Part shown: positions 1 through 10,552 of the stretch, piece after piece
How the letters are laid out: each line of letters opens with the position of its first letter
How positions within the stretch are numbered: the first letter of the stretch is position 1
NCBI GenBank assembly: GCA_965116025.1
Contig: OZ220480.1
Span: 288,001 to 352,000 of the forward strand
Direction of reading: 5' to 3'
Origin: an uncultured candidatus Porisulfidus sp.
GTDB lineage: Bacteria; Pseudomonadota; Gammaproteobacteria; Poriferisulfidales; Poriferisulfidaceae
Length of the DNA stretch: 64,000 nucleotides
Translations under genes and position numbers: made by a program
The notes under the pieces: generated by a model
Database searches by the model: none
Seen by the model: only the letters and a program-made list of their open reading frames with translations
What the model was told of the DNA's origin: nothing

Positions 1-55
1 TCCCGCTGGAACCCCTCAAGAAAGGCGCGGACGGCGCGCGAATCGGGCGAGCGGC

Positions 56-580
56 TCATGCCGCCGGAGCGGGACGGACGACCCGGCCCGTCAGAAGGTC
101 CCGGATCTCGCTCGGCCCCGAGGCGCCGCCGAGCGCGCCTTCCACGATCCCGTCGATTCTCGTCCCGAACATCGCTCGAACCTCGCTGGCCGTTCGCGCC
201 GGAGGCCGACCCTCCAGATTCGCGCTGGTCGAGACCAAGGCGCCGGCCTCAAGGCACAGCGCGCGGCACAAGGGGTGGCGGGTGATCCGCACCGCCTGGG
301 TCGCGTGCGCGCCCCGCAACGGGACCGGCGCGCCCTCAGCGGCCGGAACCAGCCAGGTCACGACGGCCTCCGGGCGCGCCATATCTTCTCGCTGGCTCTC
401 GCTCAGAGGGCGAACGTACGGCTCCAAATCCGCGCATCGCGCCGCGATCAGGATCAATCCTTTGTCGGGACCTCTTTTTTTCACGTCCAGCAAGCGGCGC
501 ACCGCCTCCGCGTAGCTCGGCAGACAGCCCAGCCCCCAGACTCCCTCGGTCGGGTAGGCCAGCACCTTACCCGCGCGCAA
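56..580 (-). CDS. tsaC: L-threonylcarbamoyladenylate synthase (TsaC/YrdC/Sua5 family)
   Basis: Motifs AYPTEGVWGLGC, KxR..KGLIL and STSAN. The true start may lie a few codons further upstream. Confidence 0.92.
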   Translation of the reverse strand: MRAGKVLAYPTEGVWGLGCLPSYAEAVRRLLDVKKRGPDKGLILIAARCADLEPYVRPLSESQREDMARPEAVVTWLVPAAEGAPVPLRGAHATQAVRITRHPLCRALCLEAGALVSTSANLEGRPPARTASEVRAMFGTRIDGIVEGALGGASGPSEIRDLLTGRVVRPAPAA

Positions 581-632
581 CGCCTCGACGCCCTCCTGGA
601 CGTTCAGCGCGCCGCCGCCCAGGGGAATCTCC

Positions 633-2945
633 TCAGCTCTTTCGCTTCGCGCGGCGCTTGCGCGACGGCGCGGCGGCCAGGATCTCCTTGCATCGCTCCA
701 GCGTCAGCGCCGCGGGGTCCTCGTCCTTGGGAACGCTCGCGTTGCGCTTGCCGTCCGTGACATAAGGACCATACCGCCCGTTGAGCACTTGGAGACCCTC
801 GGTCCCGAAATCCTGGATCGTCCGGCTCGCCTCGCGCCGCTTATGCTCGGCGATCAGCTCGTCCGCGCGCGCGCGCGTCACCGCCATCGGGTCCTCCCCC
901 TCCGCCAAGGACGCGTATTTCTTCGGGCCGTATTTCACATAAGGCCCGTAGCGCCCGAGGCCCACCTCAATCTCCTCTCCGTCATCCCCGGTCCCCAAGG
1001 ATCTCGGGAACGACAGCAGATCCATCGCCTCCTCGAACGTGATCGTCTCGAAGCTCTGTCCCTCGCGAAGACTCGCGAACCGGGGCCTCTCCTCGTCCTC
1101 GCGATCCCCGGCCTGAACGAAGGGCCCGAAGCGCCCGACCCGCACGCGCACCGGCTTGCCCGTGTCCGGATCGATGCCGAGCTCGCGCATCTGCTGCGCC
1201 TTCTGGCGACTCACGGTCTCGTCTTTCTCGGTCACTTGCTTATGAAACGGTTTCCAGAAGTCGTCCACGACCGGGACCCATCGGGTCTCCCCCCGCGCGA
1301 CCTGGTCCAGCGAATCCTCCAGTTGGGCCGTGAATTCGTAATCGACATAGCGCGAGAAGTGCTCGGTCAGGAAGTTGCATACTACCTTACCAAGCGCGGT
1401 CGGGCGAAACGCCCTGTTGTCGAGCTCCGCGTATTTTCGGCTGACCAAGGTCGACAAGATGTCCGCGTAGGTGGAGGGTCGGCCGATCCCGTATTCCTCC
1501 AAGGTCTTGACCAGGCGCGCCTCGGTGTAGCGGGGAGGAGGCTCCGTGAAGTGCTGGTTCGCCTGAACCGCGCGTAGCGCCACGACCTCGCCCTGACGCA
1601 GGTCCGGCAGATAGCGCTCGTCTCCAGAATTTTCCTCCGCTCCAGCCTCGTCCCGGCCTTCTTGGTACACGCGCATGAACCCGGGATCCCGCACATGGGA
1701 GCCGGTCGCCCGCAACTGGGCGGCGGGGCCGCAGTCGATATCCACGCTGACCTGATCGATCACGGCCGGAATCATCTGGCAGGCCACGGTCCGCTTCCAG
1801 ATCAAATCATACAGCTTGCGCTGGTCGGCGCTCAGCTCGCGGGCGCTCTCCGGAGCGCGCGCCGGATCCGTCGGGCGAATCGCCTCATGAGCCTCCTGCG
1901 CGTTGCGGGTCCGGGTCTTGAACCGCCGCGGGGCGGACGGTATCTGGTCCTTTCCGTAGCGCTCCCCAATCGTCTCGCGAACGCTCTTCAGGGCCACGGA
2001 CGAGAGCGTGACCGAGTCCGTGCGCATGTAGGTGATCAGCCCCACCGGCCCGGAGCCCAGGTCCACGCCCTCATACAGCTGCTGGGCGACCCGCATGGTC
2101 TTGCGCGCGGAGAAGCGCAACTTGCGAGACGCTTCCTGCTGCAGGGTGGACGTGGTGAACGGCGGGGGCGGATTGCGCTTTCGCTCCTTTCGCTCCACCG
2201 CCGAGACGGTCAGCTCCGCGGCATGCGCCTCGATTCGCTCGCGGGCGACGACGGCCCGCTCCTCGCTCGATAAATCGAACTTCCTCACCCGCGCGCCGTC
2301 GAGCGTATGCAGCTTCGCCGGGAACTCGCGCCCGTCCTTGTCCAGCGTCGCGTCCACGGTCCAATACTCGCGGGGCTGGAACTCCTCGATCTCGCGCTCG
2401 CGCTCGACGACCAGCCGCAAAGCCGGGCTCTGCACGCGTCCAGCCGAGAGCTTGGGCGCGATCTTCCGCCACAGCAACGGCGACAGATTGAATCCCACCA
2501 GATAGTCGATGGCCCGCCGCGCCTGATAAGCGTCGACCAGATCATCCGATAATTCCCTCGGGTTCGCCAGCGCCTGGCGCACCGCCTCGGGCGTGATCTC
2601 GTAGAACGCGACCCGGTAGACTTTCTTCTCGCCCAGCTTCTCGCGCTCGGCCAAAAGACCGCGCAGCGACCATGAGATCGCCTCGCCCTCGCGGTCCGGG
2701 TCTGATGCCAGATACAGAGCGTCGCAACTCTTCAGCGCGGTCGCGATATTCCTCACGTGCTTCTCCTGCCCCGGAGGCACCTGATACTTGAGGGCGTAGT
2801 CGCCCTCCGTGTCGACCGCCCCGTCTTTCGGCGCCAGGTCCTGCACGTGGCCGTAGGACGCCAGCACCCGGAAATCGGGACCCAAGTACTTCTCGATGGT
2901 CCGGGCTTTCGCCGGGGACTCCACGACAACCAAGTTGCTCGGCAT
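633..2945 (-). CDS. topA: DNA topoisomerase I
   Basis: VVVESPAKA Toprim start, DPDREGEAI, GLITYMRTDS catalytic Tyr region, C-terminal GR(F/Y)GP(F/Y)V repeats instead of Zn ribbons. Confidence 0.98.
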   Translation of the reverse strand: MPSNLVVVESPAKARTIEKYLGPDFRVLASYGHVQDLAPKDGAVDTEGDYALKYQVPPGQEKHVRNIATALKSCDALYLASDPDREGEAISWSLRGLLAEREKLGEKKVYRVAFYEITPEAVRQALANPRELSDDLVDAYQARRAIDYLVGFNLSPLLWRKIAPKLSAGRVQSPALRLVVEREREIEEFQPREYWTVDATLDKDGREFPAKLHTLDGARVRKFDLSSEERAVVARERIEAHAAELTVSAVERKERKRNPPPPFTTSTLQQEASRKLRFSARKTMRVAQQLYEGVDLGSGPVGLITYMRTDSVTLSSVALKSVRETIGERYGKDQIPSAPRRFKTRTRNAQEAHEAIRPTDPARAPESARELSADQRKLYDLIWKRTVACQMIPAVIDQVSVDIDCGPAAQLRATGSHVRDPGFMRVYQEGRDEAGAEENSGDERYLPDLRQGEVVALRAVQANQHFTEPPPRYTEARLVKTLEEYGIGRPSTYADILSTLVSRKYAELDNRAFRPTALGKVVCNFLTEHFSRYVDYEFTAQLEDSLDQVARGETRWVPVVDDFWKPFHKQVTEKDETVSRQKAQQMRELGIDPDTGKPVRVRVGRFGPFVQAGDREDEERPRFASLREGQSFETITFEEAMDLLSFPRSLGTGDDGEEIEVGLGRYGPYVKYGPKKYASLAEGEDPMAVTRARADELIAEHKRREASRTIQDFGTEGLQVLNGRYGPYVTDGKRNASVPKDEDPAALTLERCKEILAAAPSRKRRAKRKS

Positions 2946-3038
2946 GGCGGGGGTGATTAGGATTCGCTTACTCGCGGGCGTTTAAATTAGCGTACCACGT
3001 TTTAAGGCGCGGGAACGCCGGGCGGTCCGCGAGACTCT

Positions 3039-3773
3039 CTACGAGCGACCCTGGCTCGTGGTCGGATCGACGCACCAAGCCGTCGGGCTGCGCGCGAAAT
3101 CTCCCGGGGCGACGACGGCCTCGGGATCCAGCAGCAACGCGTAACTGTAACTGGGATAGACGGCCGCCACCACGGCCCGCGACCAGGCTGAGGGTTCAGC
3201 CACCTTCCCCGCGGGAACCACCGCCAGCGCCGCGCCGACCGACAAGAAGTCTTGGTCGCCCGCGTCCAGGCGAATCACCGGACGAGGCGTCGTCGCGCCG
3301 CTCGGCCAGAATCTGGACACGCGGCGGTGGACCGCGCGCGCCGGCTCATGGATCTCGGTTTTCGTCAAGTCGAACGCGACGCGGCGCGGCGGACGCAACC
3401 GCGCGTCCGGAGTCCAAGCGAACGGCTCGATGCTCTTCGCGTCGAACTCCTCCAGCGCCCGGGCATGCGGTAGCTCGCCGGTCCCGAGCCGGGCGCGCTG
3501 CACCCAGCCGCGCCCGTTGATTCGCACGCGAACCAGCAAATCGCCCGGCCCGATCGCGACCGCCGGGTCATAGCCCGGCCATGGACACCACACGTTCGGC
3601 CAATGACGGAGGTCCTGGACGAAACGGGCGGCCACGTCCTTCTCGGTCTCGCCATGGCGCACCAGATAAGCGTGGGGCGCGTCGGCCCGAAACCATTCCG
3701 CCGCCGGATCCGCCTCCAAAGAGGCGGACGCCAAGCCAGAAACCAGAAACGCCCCTAGGAACGCCACGCGCAT
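3039..3773 (-). CDS. Exported LysM-like peptidoglycan-binding protein (divergent)
   Basis: Signal-peptide-like MRVAFLGAFLVSGLASA from ATG 3773, then DAPHAYLVRHGET...WPNVW resembling the LysM protein often found near topA in proteobacteria. Confidence 0.55.
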   Translation of the reverse strand: MRVAFLGAFLVSGLASASLEADPAAEWFRADAPHAYLVRHGETEKDVAARFVQDLRHWPNVWCPWPGYDPAVAIGPGDLLVRVRINGRGWVQRARLGTGELPHARALEEFDAKSIEPFAWTPDARLRPPRRVAFDLTKTEIHEPARAVHRRVSRFWPSGATTPRPVIRLDAGDQDFLSVGAALAVVPAGKVAEPSAWSRAVVAAVYPSYSYALLLDPEAVVAPGDFARSPTAWCVDPTTSQGRS

Positions 3774-3892
3774 GCGGCGATTTTCGGGCGAGCCGAATCG
3801 CCTCAATATTCCTGCGGAGCGACCGACTAGCGCCTCGACGGCCGGGCGCTGGCGAATCCGTCGAGCGCGGCGTGGCGGCATCCGCGTTCCCA

Positions 3893-4150
3893 TCAATCGG
3901 GATCGGAAGGGCCCAGCCACTCGATCAGGTAGTAAAGATATTGTCCTTCGGAAGATTTTGACGGCCCCAGAACCTGCGCCGCGTGGCGGTCGGGTCGACT
4001 CTCCGCGCGGCGGACCGCGGCTTCGGGGCCTTCCACGATCTCCACGGTCCCAGCCGCGAACCGCCGCCGGTTTCGCCTCGGAGCCTGGATCACCGCGTAC
4101 CGGGGACTGGAAACGGAGGTCTCCGGGTCCGGGGGCACGAACCCGCGCAT
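3893..4150 (-). CDS. Small hypothetical protein (85 aa)
   Basis: ATG overlaps the accC stop (ATGA); protein-like sequence ending GPSKSSEGQYLYYLIEWL. Confidence 0.7.
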   Translation of the reverse strand: MRGFVPPDPETSVSSPRYAVIQAPRRNRRRFAAGTVEIVEGPEAAVRRAESRPDRHAAQVLGPSKSSEGQYLYYLIEWLGPSDPD

Positions 4151-5502
4151 CACGCCTCGTCCGCCACGTCGCGCCTCTCCAGAAAATGGATGTCCACGCC
4201 CCCCTTCTGGAAACGCTCGTCTTCCAGAAGCTCTTGGTGGAGCGGAACGTTCGTGCGGATTCCCTCGACCACCAGCTCGGCCAGAGCGCGGCGCATTCGC
4301 CGCAAGGCGACGGTGCGGTCCCGCGCGTGCGCGACCACCTTGCCGATCATGGAATCGTAGTTGGGCGGCACGGCGTACCCGGTGTACAGATGCGTGTCCA
4401 TGCGCACCCCGGGCCCGCCCGGGCTGTGGAAATGCGTCACCCTGCCCGGTTGCGGAAGAAAGGTCTTCGGATCCTCCGCGTTGATCCGGCATTCCACCGC
4501 GTGCCCGCGCAAGCGCACCTCGGACTGGCGAACGGACAGCGGCTCGCCCTGCGCCACCAGCAACTGGTGGCGCACCAGATCGATCCCGGTGACCATTTCG
4601 GTCACCGGGTGCTCGACCTGGATTCTGGTGTTCATCTCGATGAAGTAGAACTCGCCGTCTTGATACAGAAACTCGAACGTGCCCGCGCTCCGGTAGCGCA
4701 TTTTCCGGCACGCCGCGACCACCCGCTCGCCCAGCTCCGCGCGCTGGCTCTCGACGATGCCGGGCGCCGGAGACTCCTCGATGACTTTCTGATGGCGGCG
4801 CTGCACCGAGCAGTCCCGCTCGGCGAGATGAATGGCCTCGCCATGCGAGTCGGCCAGCACCTGGAACTCGATATGCCGGGGATGGTCCAGAAACTTCTCC
4901 AGATAGACGGCGCCGTTCCCGAACGCCGCCCGCGCCTCGGCCCGAGTCAGCTCCAGCGCCTCCTCCATCTCCGCCTCCTCCCGAACCACGCGCATCCCTC
5001 GCCCGCCCCCGCCGGCCGTCGCCTTGATCAGGACCGGGTAGCCGACCGCGCGGGCTTGCGCCTTGCTGTCGTCCAGGGAATCGGTCAACTCTCCGTCGCT
5101 GCCCGGCACGCACGGGAGGCCGGCCGCCAAGGCCGCCTTGCGGGCCGCCGCCTTGTCGCCCATCTCGCGAATGTTCCGGGCGCGCGGCCCCACGAAAATG
5201 AAGCCACTGGACTCCACGCGCTCCGCGAAATCCGCGTTTTCCGAAAGAAAGCCGTATCCGGGATGAATCGCGTCGGCGCTCGTCACCTCGGCCGCGGAGA
5301 TGATGGCGGGGATGTTCAGGTAGCTCCGCTGGGAGTCCGCGGGGCCGATGCACACGGACTCGTCCGCCAGCCGCACGTGCAGAAGATCGCGATCCACCTC
5401 GGAATGCACGGCCACGGTGCGAATCCCGAGGTCCCGGCAGGCCCGCAAGACGCGCAGGGCGATCTCCCCGCGGTTCGCGATCAAAACTTTTTTCAGCGCC
5501 AC
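4150..5502 (-). CDS. accC: Acetyl-CoA carboxylase, biotin carboxylase subunit
   Basis: [35 protein letters not shown] motifs. Confidence 0.98.
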   Translation of the reverse strand: MALKKVLIANRGEIALRVLRACRDLGIRTVAVHSEVDRDLLHVRLADESVCIGPADSQRSYLNIPAIISAAEVTSADAIHPGYGFLSENADFAERVESSGFIFVGPRARNIREMGDKAAARKAALAAGLPCVPGSDGELTDSLDDSKAQARAVGYPVLIKATAGGGGRGMRVVREEAEMEEALELTRAEARAAFGNGAVYLEKFLDHPRHIEFQVLADSHGEAIHLAERDCSVQRRHQKVIEESPAPGIVESQRAELGERVVAACRKMRYRSAGTFEFLYQDGEFYFIEMNTRIQVEHPVTEMVTGIDLVRHQLLVAQGEPLSVRQSEVRLRGHAVECRINAEDPKTFLPQPGRVTHFHSPGGPGVRMDTHLYTGYAVPPNYDSMIGKVVAHARDRTVALRRMRRALAELVVEGIRTNVPLHQELLEDERFQKGGVDIHFLERRDVADEA

Positions 5503-5505
5503 CTT

Positions 5506-5958
5506 TCAGCCGATGACGATCAGCGCCTGCCCATACTCGACCGGCGTCGCGTTCTCGACCAGAATGGCCCGGACCACCCCCGCCTGGTCGGCCTCGATCC
5601 GGTTGAGCATCTTCATGGCCTCCACGATGCATAAGGTGTCGCCTTCCGCGACCCGGTCTCCCACGTTGACGAACGGCTTCGCGCCCGGAGCCGACGCGGT
5701 ATAGAACGTCCCGACCATCGGGGACACGACCCGATGTCCGGCCGGAAGGTCGGGTTCAGGCGGCTCCTCCTCAGTGCCCGCGGCGCGCTCGGTGGGCGGC
5801 GCCGGCGCGGCGGGCGCGGCGACCGGAACTTGGGGCGCGGGAGCGGACGGGCCCGCTCTGCTGATGCGAACCGACTCCTCCCCTTCGGTTATCTCGATCT
5901 CCGCGATATCGGATTCCTCCAGCAACTGGATCAGACTCCTGATCTTTCGAAGGTCCAT
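5506..5958 (-). CDS. accB: Biotin carboxyl carrier protein
   Basis: [10 protein letters not shown] start at ATG 5958, Pro/Ala linker, [13 protein letters not shown] biotinylation motif. Confidence 0.97.
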   Translation of the reverse strand: MDLRKIRSLIQLLEESDIAEIEITEGEESVRISRAGPSAPAPQVPVAAPAAPAPPTERAAGTEEEPPEPDLPAGHRVVSPMVGTFYTASAPGAKPFVNVGDRVAEGDTLCIVEAMKMLNRIEADQAGVVRAILVENATPVEYGQALIVIG

Positions 5959-6404
5959 CAGGCATCCCCCTCCAAGCGAGCCGCGGCCGCCTCCAGCGCC
6001 AGCGCGTACCCCCGCGCCCCCAAGCCGGAAATCACGCCGACCGCGATGTCCGACAGGTACGACTTCCGCCGAAACTCCTCGCGCGCGAACACGTTGGATA
6101 GATGAATCTCTATGAACGGGATGGCGACTCCCAGCAGCGCGTCCCGGAGCGCGACGCTGGTGTGCGTGAGAGCGCCCGGGTTGAACAGGATGAACTCCAC
6201 CCGGTCCTCGCGCGCCTGATGGATCCGGTCCACCAGCTCCCCCTCGGAATTGGACTGCATGGTCTCGACGTCGCAACCGCGCCGCGCCGCGACCGCCCGG
6301 ACCTCTTCCATGATCTCGTCCAGAGAGGCTGAGCCGTAAATCTCCGGCTCCCGAGTCCCGAGGAGATTCAGGTTGGGTCCGTTCAGCACCAGAATTCGCG
6401 CCAT
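5958..6404 (-). CDS. aroQ: Type II 3-dehydroquinate dehydratase
   Basis: [33 protein letters not shown]; classic aroQ-accB-accC order. Confidence 0.97.
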   Translation of the reverse strand: MARILVLNGPNLNLLGTREPEIYGSASLDEIMEEVRAVAARRGCDVETMQSNSEGELVDRIHQAREDRVEFILFNPGALTHTSVALRDALLGVAIPFIEIHLSNVFAREEFRRKSYLSDIAVGVISGLGARGYALALEAAAARLEGDA

Positions 6405-6515
6405 GATCAAGTCCGAGCGGGTCCGCACGCTAGCGCGGCCAGTTTAGCACAAAAATAAATTTTTTATTTGTCGCAATTTGCGCGCAATATAAAGAAAAAT
6501 ATGGCTAGATAGCGA

Positions 6516-8324
6516 CTATTCGGAAAATTCCAGAGCCTCGTCCAGTCTTGCCGCGAACGGCTCCGCCGGGACGTAGCTCACGGTGCGGAACGCGCGCAAC
6601 TCCTCTCCGTCAGCGGCGTAGAACAGAATCGCGGGCGGCCCGAACAGCCCCAGCGACGCCAGCAGCTGCCGATCAGCCGCGTCATTGGCCGTGACGTCCG
6701 CCCGCAAGAGCGTGAAACGACGCATTCTTTCCTGCACGGCCGGATCGGAAAACGTGAACGCGTCGAGCTCATGGCAGGTCACGCACCAGTCGGCGTAGAA
6801 GTCGACCAGAACGGGCCGACCGCGCGCGGCCGTCAGCTCTCGCTCCAGATCCTCCACGGTCTTGATGGGGCGAAAGTCCGGTGACGATGCGGCGGCCGGC
6901 CCCGAAACTCCCACGAGTCTCTCCAGGGGACGCAGCAAGCTGTCGCCGCCCGCGCTCGCTCCAACCAGCAGGACTCCGCCATAAATCAGGAACGCCAGCC
7001 CCACGCCCTTGGCCAAGCGGAGCGGCGTCCCGGCATCCCGCTCCAGAGAATCGGTCGCGCGCAGAGCCACGGCGAGCCCGAGGAAAAACAACCCGCCCAA
7101 GGCTAGGGTGACCGGGCCGGGAACCACCCGGTCCAGCATCCAGATCGAAAGCGCAAGAAGCGCCACGCCGAACACGGCCTTGACCCGCGTCATCCAAGGA
7201 CCGGATCGCGGCAGAAAGCGGCCCTCGAAGGCCCCGAACGCCAAAAGCGGAATACCCAACCCCAACCCCATCCCGAACAGGCTGACTCCACCGCGCAGCG
7301 CGCTTCCGGTATCGGCGATGTGGATCAGGGCGCCCACCAAGGGCGGCGAGACGCAGGGACTGGCCACCAGCGCGCCGAGAAAGCCCATGATCACGGCGCC
7401 CAAGTAGCTGCCGCCACCCGCGAACTTCCCGCCAATTCGATTCAGGGTGTTGTGAAGGCCCGTCGGCATGCGCAACTCGTAGGCGCCGAACATCGACAAG
7501 GCCAGCAGAATCAGAATCAGCACGAAACCGCCGATCACCCAAGCGTTCTGCATGTATGCCTGAAGGTTCGCTCCGGTCAGGCCAATGACCACGCCAAGCC
7601 CGGCGTAGGTGGCCGCCATCGCCAGCACGTACGCGAGCGACAGGAAAAAGGCGCGCCTGGCGCGCGCGTTGGCTCCCGCGATCACCCCGGCGAGAATCGG
7701 AATCATCGGCAACACGCATGGCGTGAACGCCAGCAAAAGGCCGAAGCCCGCGAACGCGAGAAAGCTCCACAGCAGAGTCTCGTCCGCGAGATTCCGGGCG
7801 ATCCGGTCCGCCCGCGACAGCATGCCTCCGGGAGGGGAGGGCTCGAAAGAAGAAGACGACTCCAGAACCGCGGCGGCGAGCCGCAACTCGAACGTCTTGG
7901 TCTGAGGCGGATAGCACACTCCCCGCTCGGCGCAGCCTTGATAGTCCGCGACCAGCGCGACCCCATCCGCTCCCGCCAACGCCTCGGCCAAGCGAAGATC
8001 CACCACGATATCGCCCGACCATGTCTGGACCTCTCCGAAGAGCGGATCGTCCTTGATGACCCCGGAAGGCAACCGGTACGGAACGAGCCCCGCTTCCTGC
8101 CCGGCGATCGAGAAGCGGGTCTTGTCTCGGTATAGGTAATACCCCTCGGCCACCCGGAAAGAAGCTTGGAGACGGTCTGGACCTTGTGGAAGGACCGTCA
8201 GGACGAACGCCTCGTCTGGGTGCAGAAACTCCTGCTCCCCGAAGCCGAGCGGGTCCGCCGCCAAGGCCAACGCCGATGCCGCCAACCACGGCAGCGACAA
8301 GATCAGGCGGAGGTTCGCAACCAT
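6516..8324 (-). CDS. dsbD: Thiol:disulfide interchange protein DsbD
   Basis: YQGC..GVCYPP N-domain, FTPCVLPMIP and SPC transmembrane domain, DFYADWCVTC thioredoxin domain. Confidence 0.96.
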   Translation of the reverse strand: MVANLRLILSLPWLAASALALAADPLGFGEQEFLHPDEAFVLTVLPQGPDRLQASFRVAEGYYLYRDKTRFSIAGQEAGLVPYRLPSGVIKDDPLFGEVQTWSGDIVVDLRLAEALAGADGVALVADYQGCAERGVCYPPQTKTFELRLAAAVLESSSSFEPSPPGGMLSRADRIARNLADETLLWSFLAFAGFGLLLAFTPCVLPMIPILAGVIAGANARARRAFFLSLAYVLAMAATYAGLGVVIGLTGANLQAYMQNAWVIGGFVLILILLALSMFGAYELRMPTGLHNTLNRIGGKFAGGGSYLGAVIMGFLGALVASPCVSPPLVGALIHIADTGSALRGGVSLFGMGLGLGIPLLAFGAFEGRFLPRSGPWMTRVKAVFGVALLALSIWMLDRVVPGPVTLALGGLFFLGLAVALRATDSLERDAGTPLRLAKGVGLAFLIYGGVLLVGASAGGDSLLRPLERLVGVSGPAAASSPDFRPIKTVEDLERELTAARGRPVLVDFYADWCVTCHELDAFTFSDPAVQERMRRFTLLRADVTANDAADRQLLASLGLFGPPAILFYAADGEELRAFRTVSYVPAEPFAARLDEALEFSE

Positions 8325-8620
8325 CTCAAATATTCGGCCGAGCCGCCCGTGATCGGGACGAAGATGAGCTCGGGCAATTCATAAGGGTGAACGTCCGCCA
8401 GCATCGCCCGCAACCCATCCTCCCGGTCGCGCGTGGTCTTGATCAGCAAAAGGATCTCCGTCTCGTCCTCCAGCTCTCCCTTCCAACGGTACGTGGAAAA
8501 CACGGGGACCCGATTGACGCAAGCGGCCAAGCCGCTCTCGACCAAGGCGCGCGCGAGATCCCGCGCCTCCGTCTCGTCGGCGACGGTCGTCATCGCTAGG
8601 GTATGCTCGATAGCGCTCAT
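8303..8620 (-). CDS. cutA: Divalent-cation tolerance protein CutA
   Basis: LAACVN, STYRWKG, HPYELPE motifs; upstream of dsbD. Confidence 0.95.
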   Translation of the reverse strand: MSAIEHTLAMTTVADETEARDLARALVESGLAACVNRVPVFSTYRWKGELEDETEILLLIKTTRDREDGLRAMLADVHPYELPELIFVPITGGSAEYLRWLRTSA

Positions 8621-8674
8621 GCTCACGTCGCGGTCCACCGCGCTTCAGCGCGACCGTACAGCCAAAACATGAAG

Positions 8675-10186
8675 TCAGCGGGCCGCCTCGACCGTTTTGA
8701 CCGATTCCCCGGCGGAGGGTTCGCCGGACGGGTAATCCGCGTTGATCAACCGCAAATAGTCCTCTGGATAGGAATCCCAATCCGCCCCATCGGCGTACTT
8801 GTCATAGGAATCCCCGGCCTGAGCCTCAATGACGCGGATCTCCGGCGGGCGCGCCGCGTCGTGCTCGTCTTTCGTCATGGGCCTGACGCTCTGGAACGTC
8901 TCTTCCACGGCCTGGGCGTGCCGCCGCAGCTTCTCCTTGCGGTCCGCCCGCGCGCCCGCCACCAGGAAAACGTCCGGCGAGAGCTCCAGCGCCAAGACGC
9001 TCGCCACGCCCTCCTCGTCCCAGACCCATGCCTGGCATCCCGTGAATCCATCCGTGGCGCGGTCCCTCGCCTGTCCAGATTTCTCGAACTCCCCCTTCAG
9101 AAACTCGCAGGAAGATTTCTGACCGTGTCGTTCCCGCAACGTGACGCGCATCCGCAACCCCGGAACTGGCGGGAGGGCGGTCAAGCGATCCGGGAGGTTC
9201 TCGACTTCCCACCCTTCTGGAAACGACACGGTGAAGTTGAACACCCGGTGATAGAAGCGGCGTCCCCGCAACGTTCCCTCGTGCTCGGGGAGACCGACCG
9301 TCATGCCATCGATATGGCGCAGATATTCCGCGCGCCGCGTCAGTGCCTCCGAATCTCCACGATGCTGATGCGCCTCCCGGATTACCTCCCGCAGTCGAGC
9401 GTCATTATCTGGGTGCGTCGAGAAAACGCCGTGATACACCTGCGGCTGGCGCCGCTCCCGCGCCGCCACTCTCATTTCGTGAGACTCCTGATCCTTCAGG
9501 ACGCGGAGAACCTCTAGCATGGCATCGGAATCGTAGCCAGCGAGCGCCGCGTAGCGGGCGCCCAACCGGTCCGCCTCCAGCTCCTGCTCGCGGCCATACC
9601 CCCTGATATGCGCTTCCCCCAGAATGTTCGCCGCGTCGCTCAGCAGAGGATTTCCGGCGGCCTTGCCCAGGATCAATTTGGCGAGCTCCACCTTTTTTTG
9701 TCGCTCGATCTGTCGGACCGTATGGCGCATCGTGATATGCGCCAGTTCGTGACCCAGCACCCCGGCCAACTCGGCCTCGGAGTTCAGCATGGCGAGCATG
9801 CCGCGCGTGATATAGGCATAGCCAGGCGTCGCGAAAGCGTTGACCACCGGCGAATCCAGCACGCTGAAATGATAGTTCAGATCAGGGCGGTCCGAATGCG
9901 GAACCAGACTCTGGCCGACTTGCGAAATGTATTCCTGCAGTCTGGGATCGTCGTAATAGCCGTACAGGCCAAGAATCTGCTGATGGGTTTCCCGCCCCAT
10001 CTCCAGCTCCTCGCGCTCATCGACCGTCGCGTCCCAGTTGAATTTCTCCGCCTCTCTCTCGAGAATCTCCCCCGCCTTGTCCAAAGCCGCGCCCACGCAG
10101 GCGCTCACCGACGCGCCGAGCGCCAGCGTCAACCAGAAAGTTCGAAAGAAAGAGAGGCGGGAAAGCTGGCCGGGCTCAGCTGCCAT
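8675..10186 (-). CDS. M48-family zinc metalloprotease (probable lipoprotein)
   Basis: NAFATPG, HELAH zinc motif, EADRLG, FSTHP; lipobox-like VSAC. Confidence 0.88.
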   Translation of the reverse strand: MAAEPGQLSRLSFFRTFWLTLALGASVSACVGAALDKAGEILEREAEKFNWDATVDEREELEMGRETHQQILGLYGYYDDPRLQEYISQVGQSLVPHSDRPDLNYHFSVLDSPVVNAFATPGYAYITRGMLAMLNSEAELAGVLGHELAHITMRHTVRQIERQKKVELAKLILGKAAGNPLLSDAANILGEAHIRGYGREQELEADRLGARYAALAGYDSDAMLEVLRVLKDQESHEMRVAARERRQPQVYHGVFSTHPDNDARLREVIREAHQHRGDSEALTRRAEYLRHIDGMTVGLPEHEGTLRGRRFYHRVFNFTVSFPEGWEVENLPDRLTALPPVPGLRMRVTLRERHGQKSSCEFLKGEFEKSGQARDRATDGFTGCQAWVWDEEGVASVLALELSPDVFLVAGARADRKEKLRRHAQAVEETFQSVRPMTKDEHDAARPPEIRVIEAQAGDSYDKYADGADWDSYPEDYLRLINADYPSGEPSAGESVKTVEAAR

Positions 10187-10376
10187 AGCGCTTGCGGAAC
10201 TTGTCGACCTGGCGCGCGGTTTCCAGGATCTTCTGCTTCCCGGTGTAGAACGGATGGCAATGTGAGCAGATTTCCACGTGCAACTCGTCCCCGCCATAGG
10301 TGGAGCGCGTCTGGAAGCGATTGCCGCAGGCGCAAATCACCGTGACATCGTGGTAGTTATAGTCCTTCGCGGCCAT
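10176..10376 (-). CDS. rpmE: 50S ribosomal protein L31 (Cys-containing type)
   Basis: CACG...[13 protein letters not shown]...VDKFRKRY. Confidence 0.97.
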   Translation of the reverse strand: MAAKDYNYHDVTVICACGNRFQTRSTYGGDELHVEICSHCHPFYTGKQKILETARQVDKFRKRYGS

Positions 10377-10552
10377 GATCAAGCGGATTGGCGTGAGCAG
10401 GGGGCGCGTAGTATATCAGGAGACTGGATCCGGTCTCTCTCCGGCTGGAAAGATTCGGATGGCGACGACCGGGCAAGCGAAATCTTTTTCCCGCGCTCGT
10501 GGACGCGAAGCGCGGCCCCGACTGGAAACGCCAGGGCCGCGTCATGGACTAA

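Noticed and set aside
3772-5634. Long alternative ORFs (620 aa on +, 579 aa on -) and similar ones such as 12392..14059 and 47462..51112
   Set aside because: Antisense or off-frame shadows of clear genes in high-GC DNA; only the last 85 aa of the 579-aa ORF was kept as a gene.
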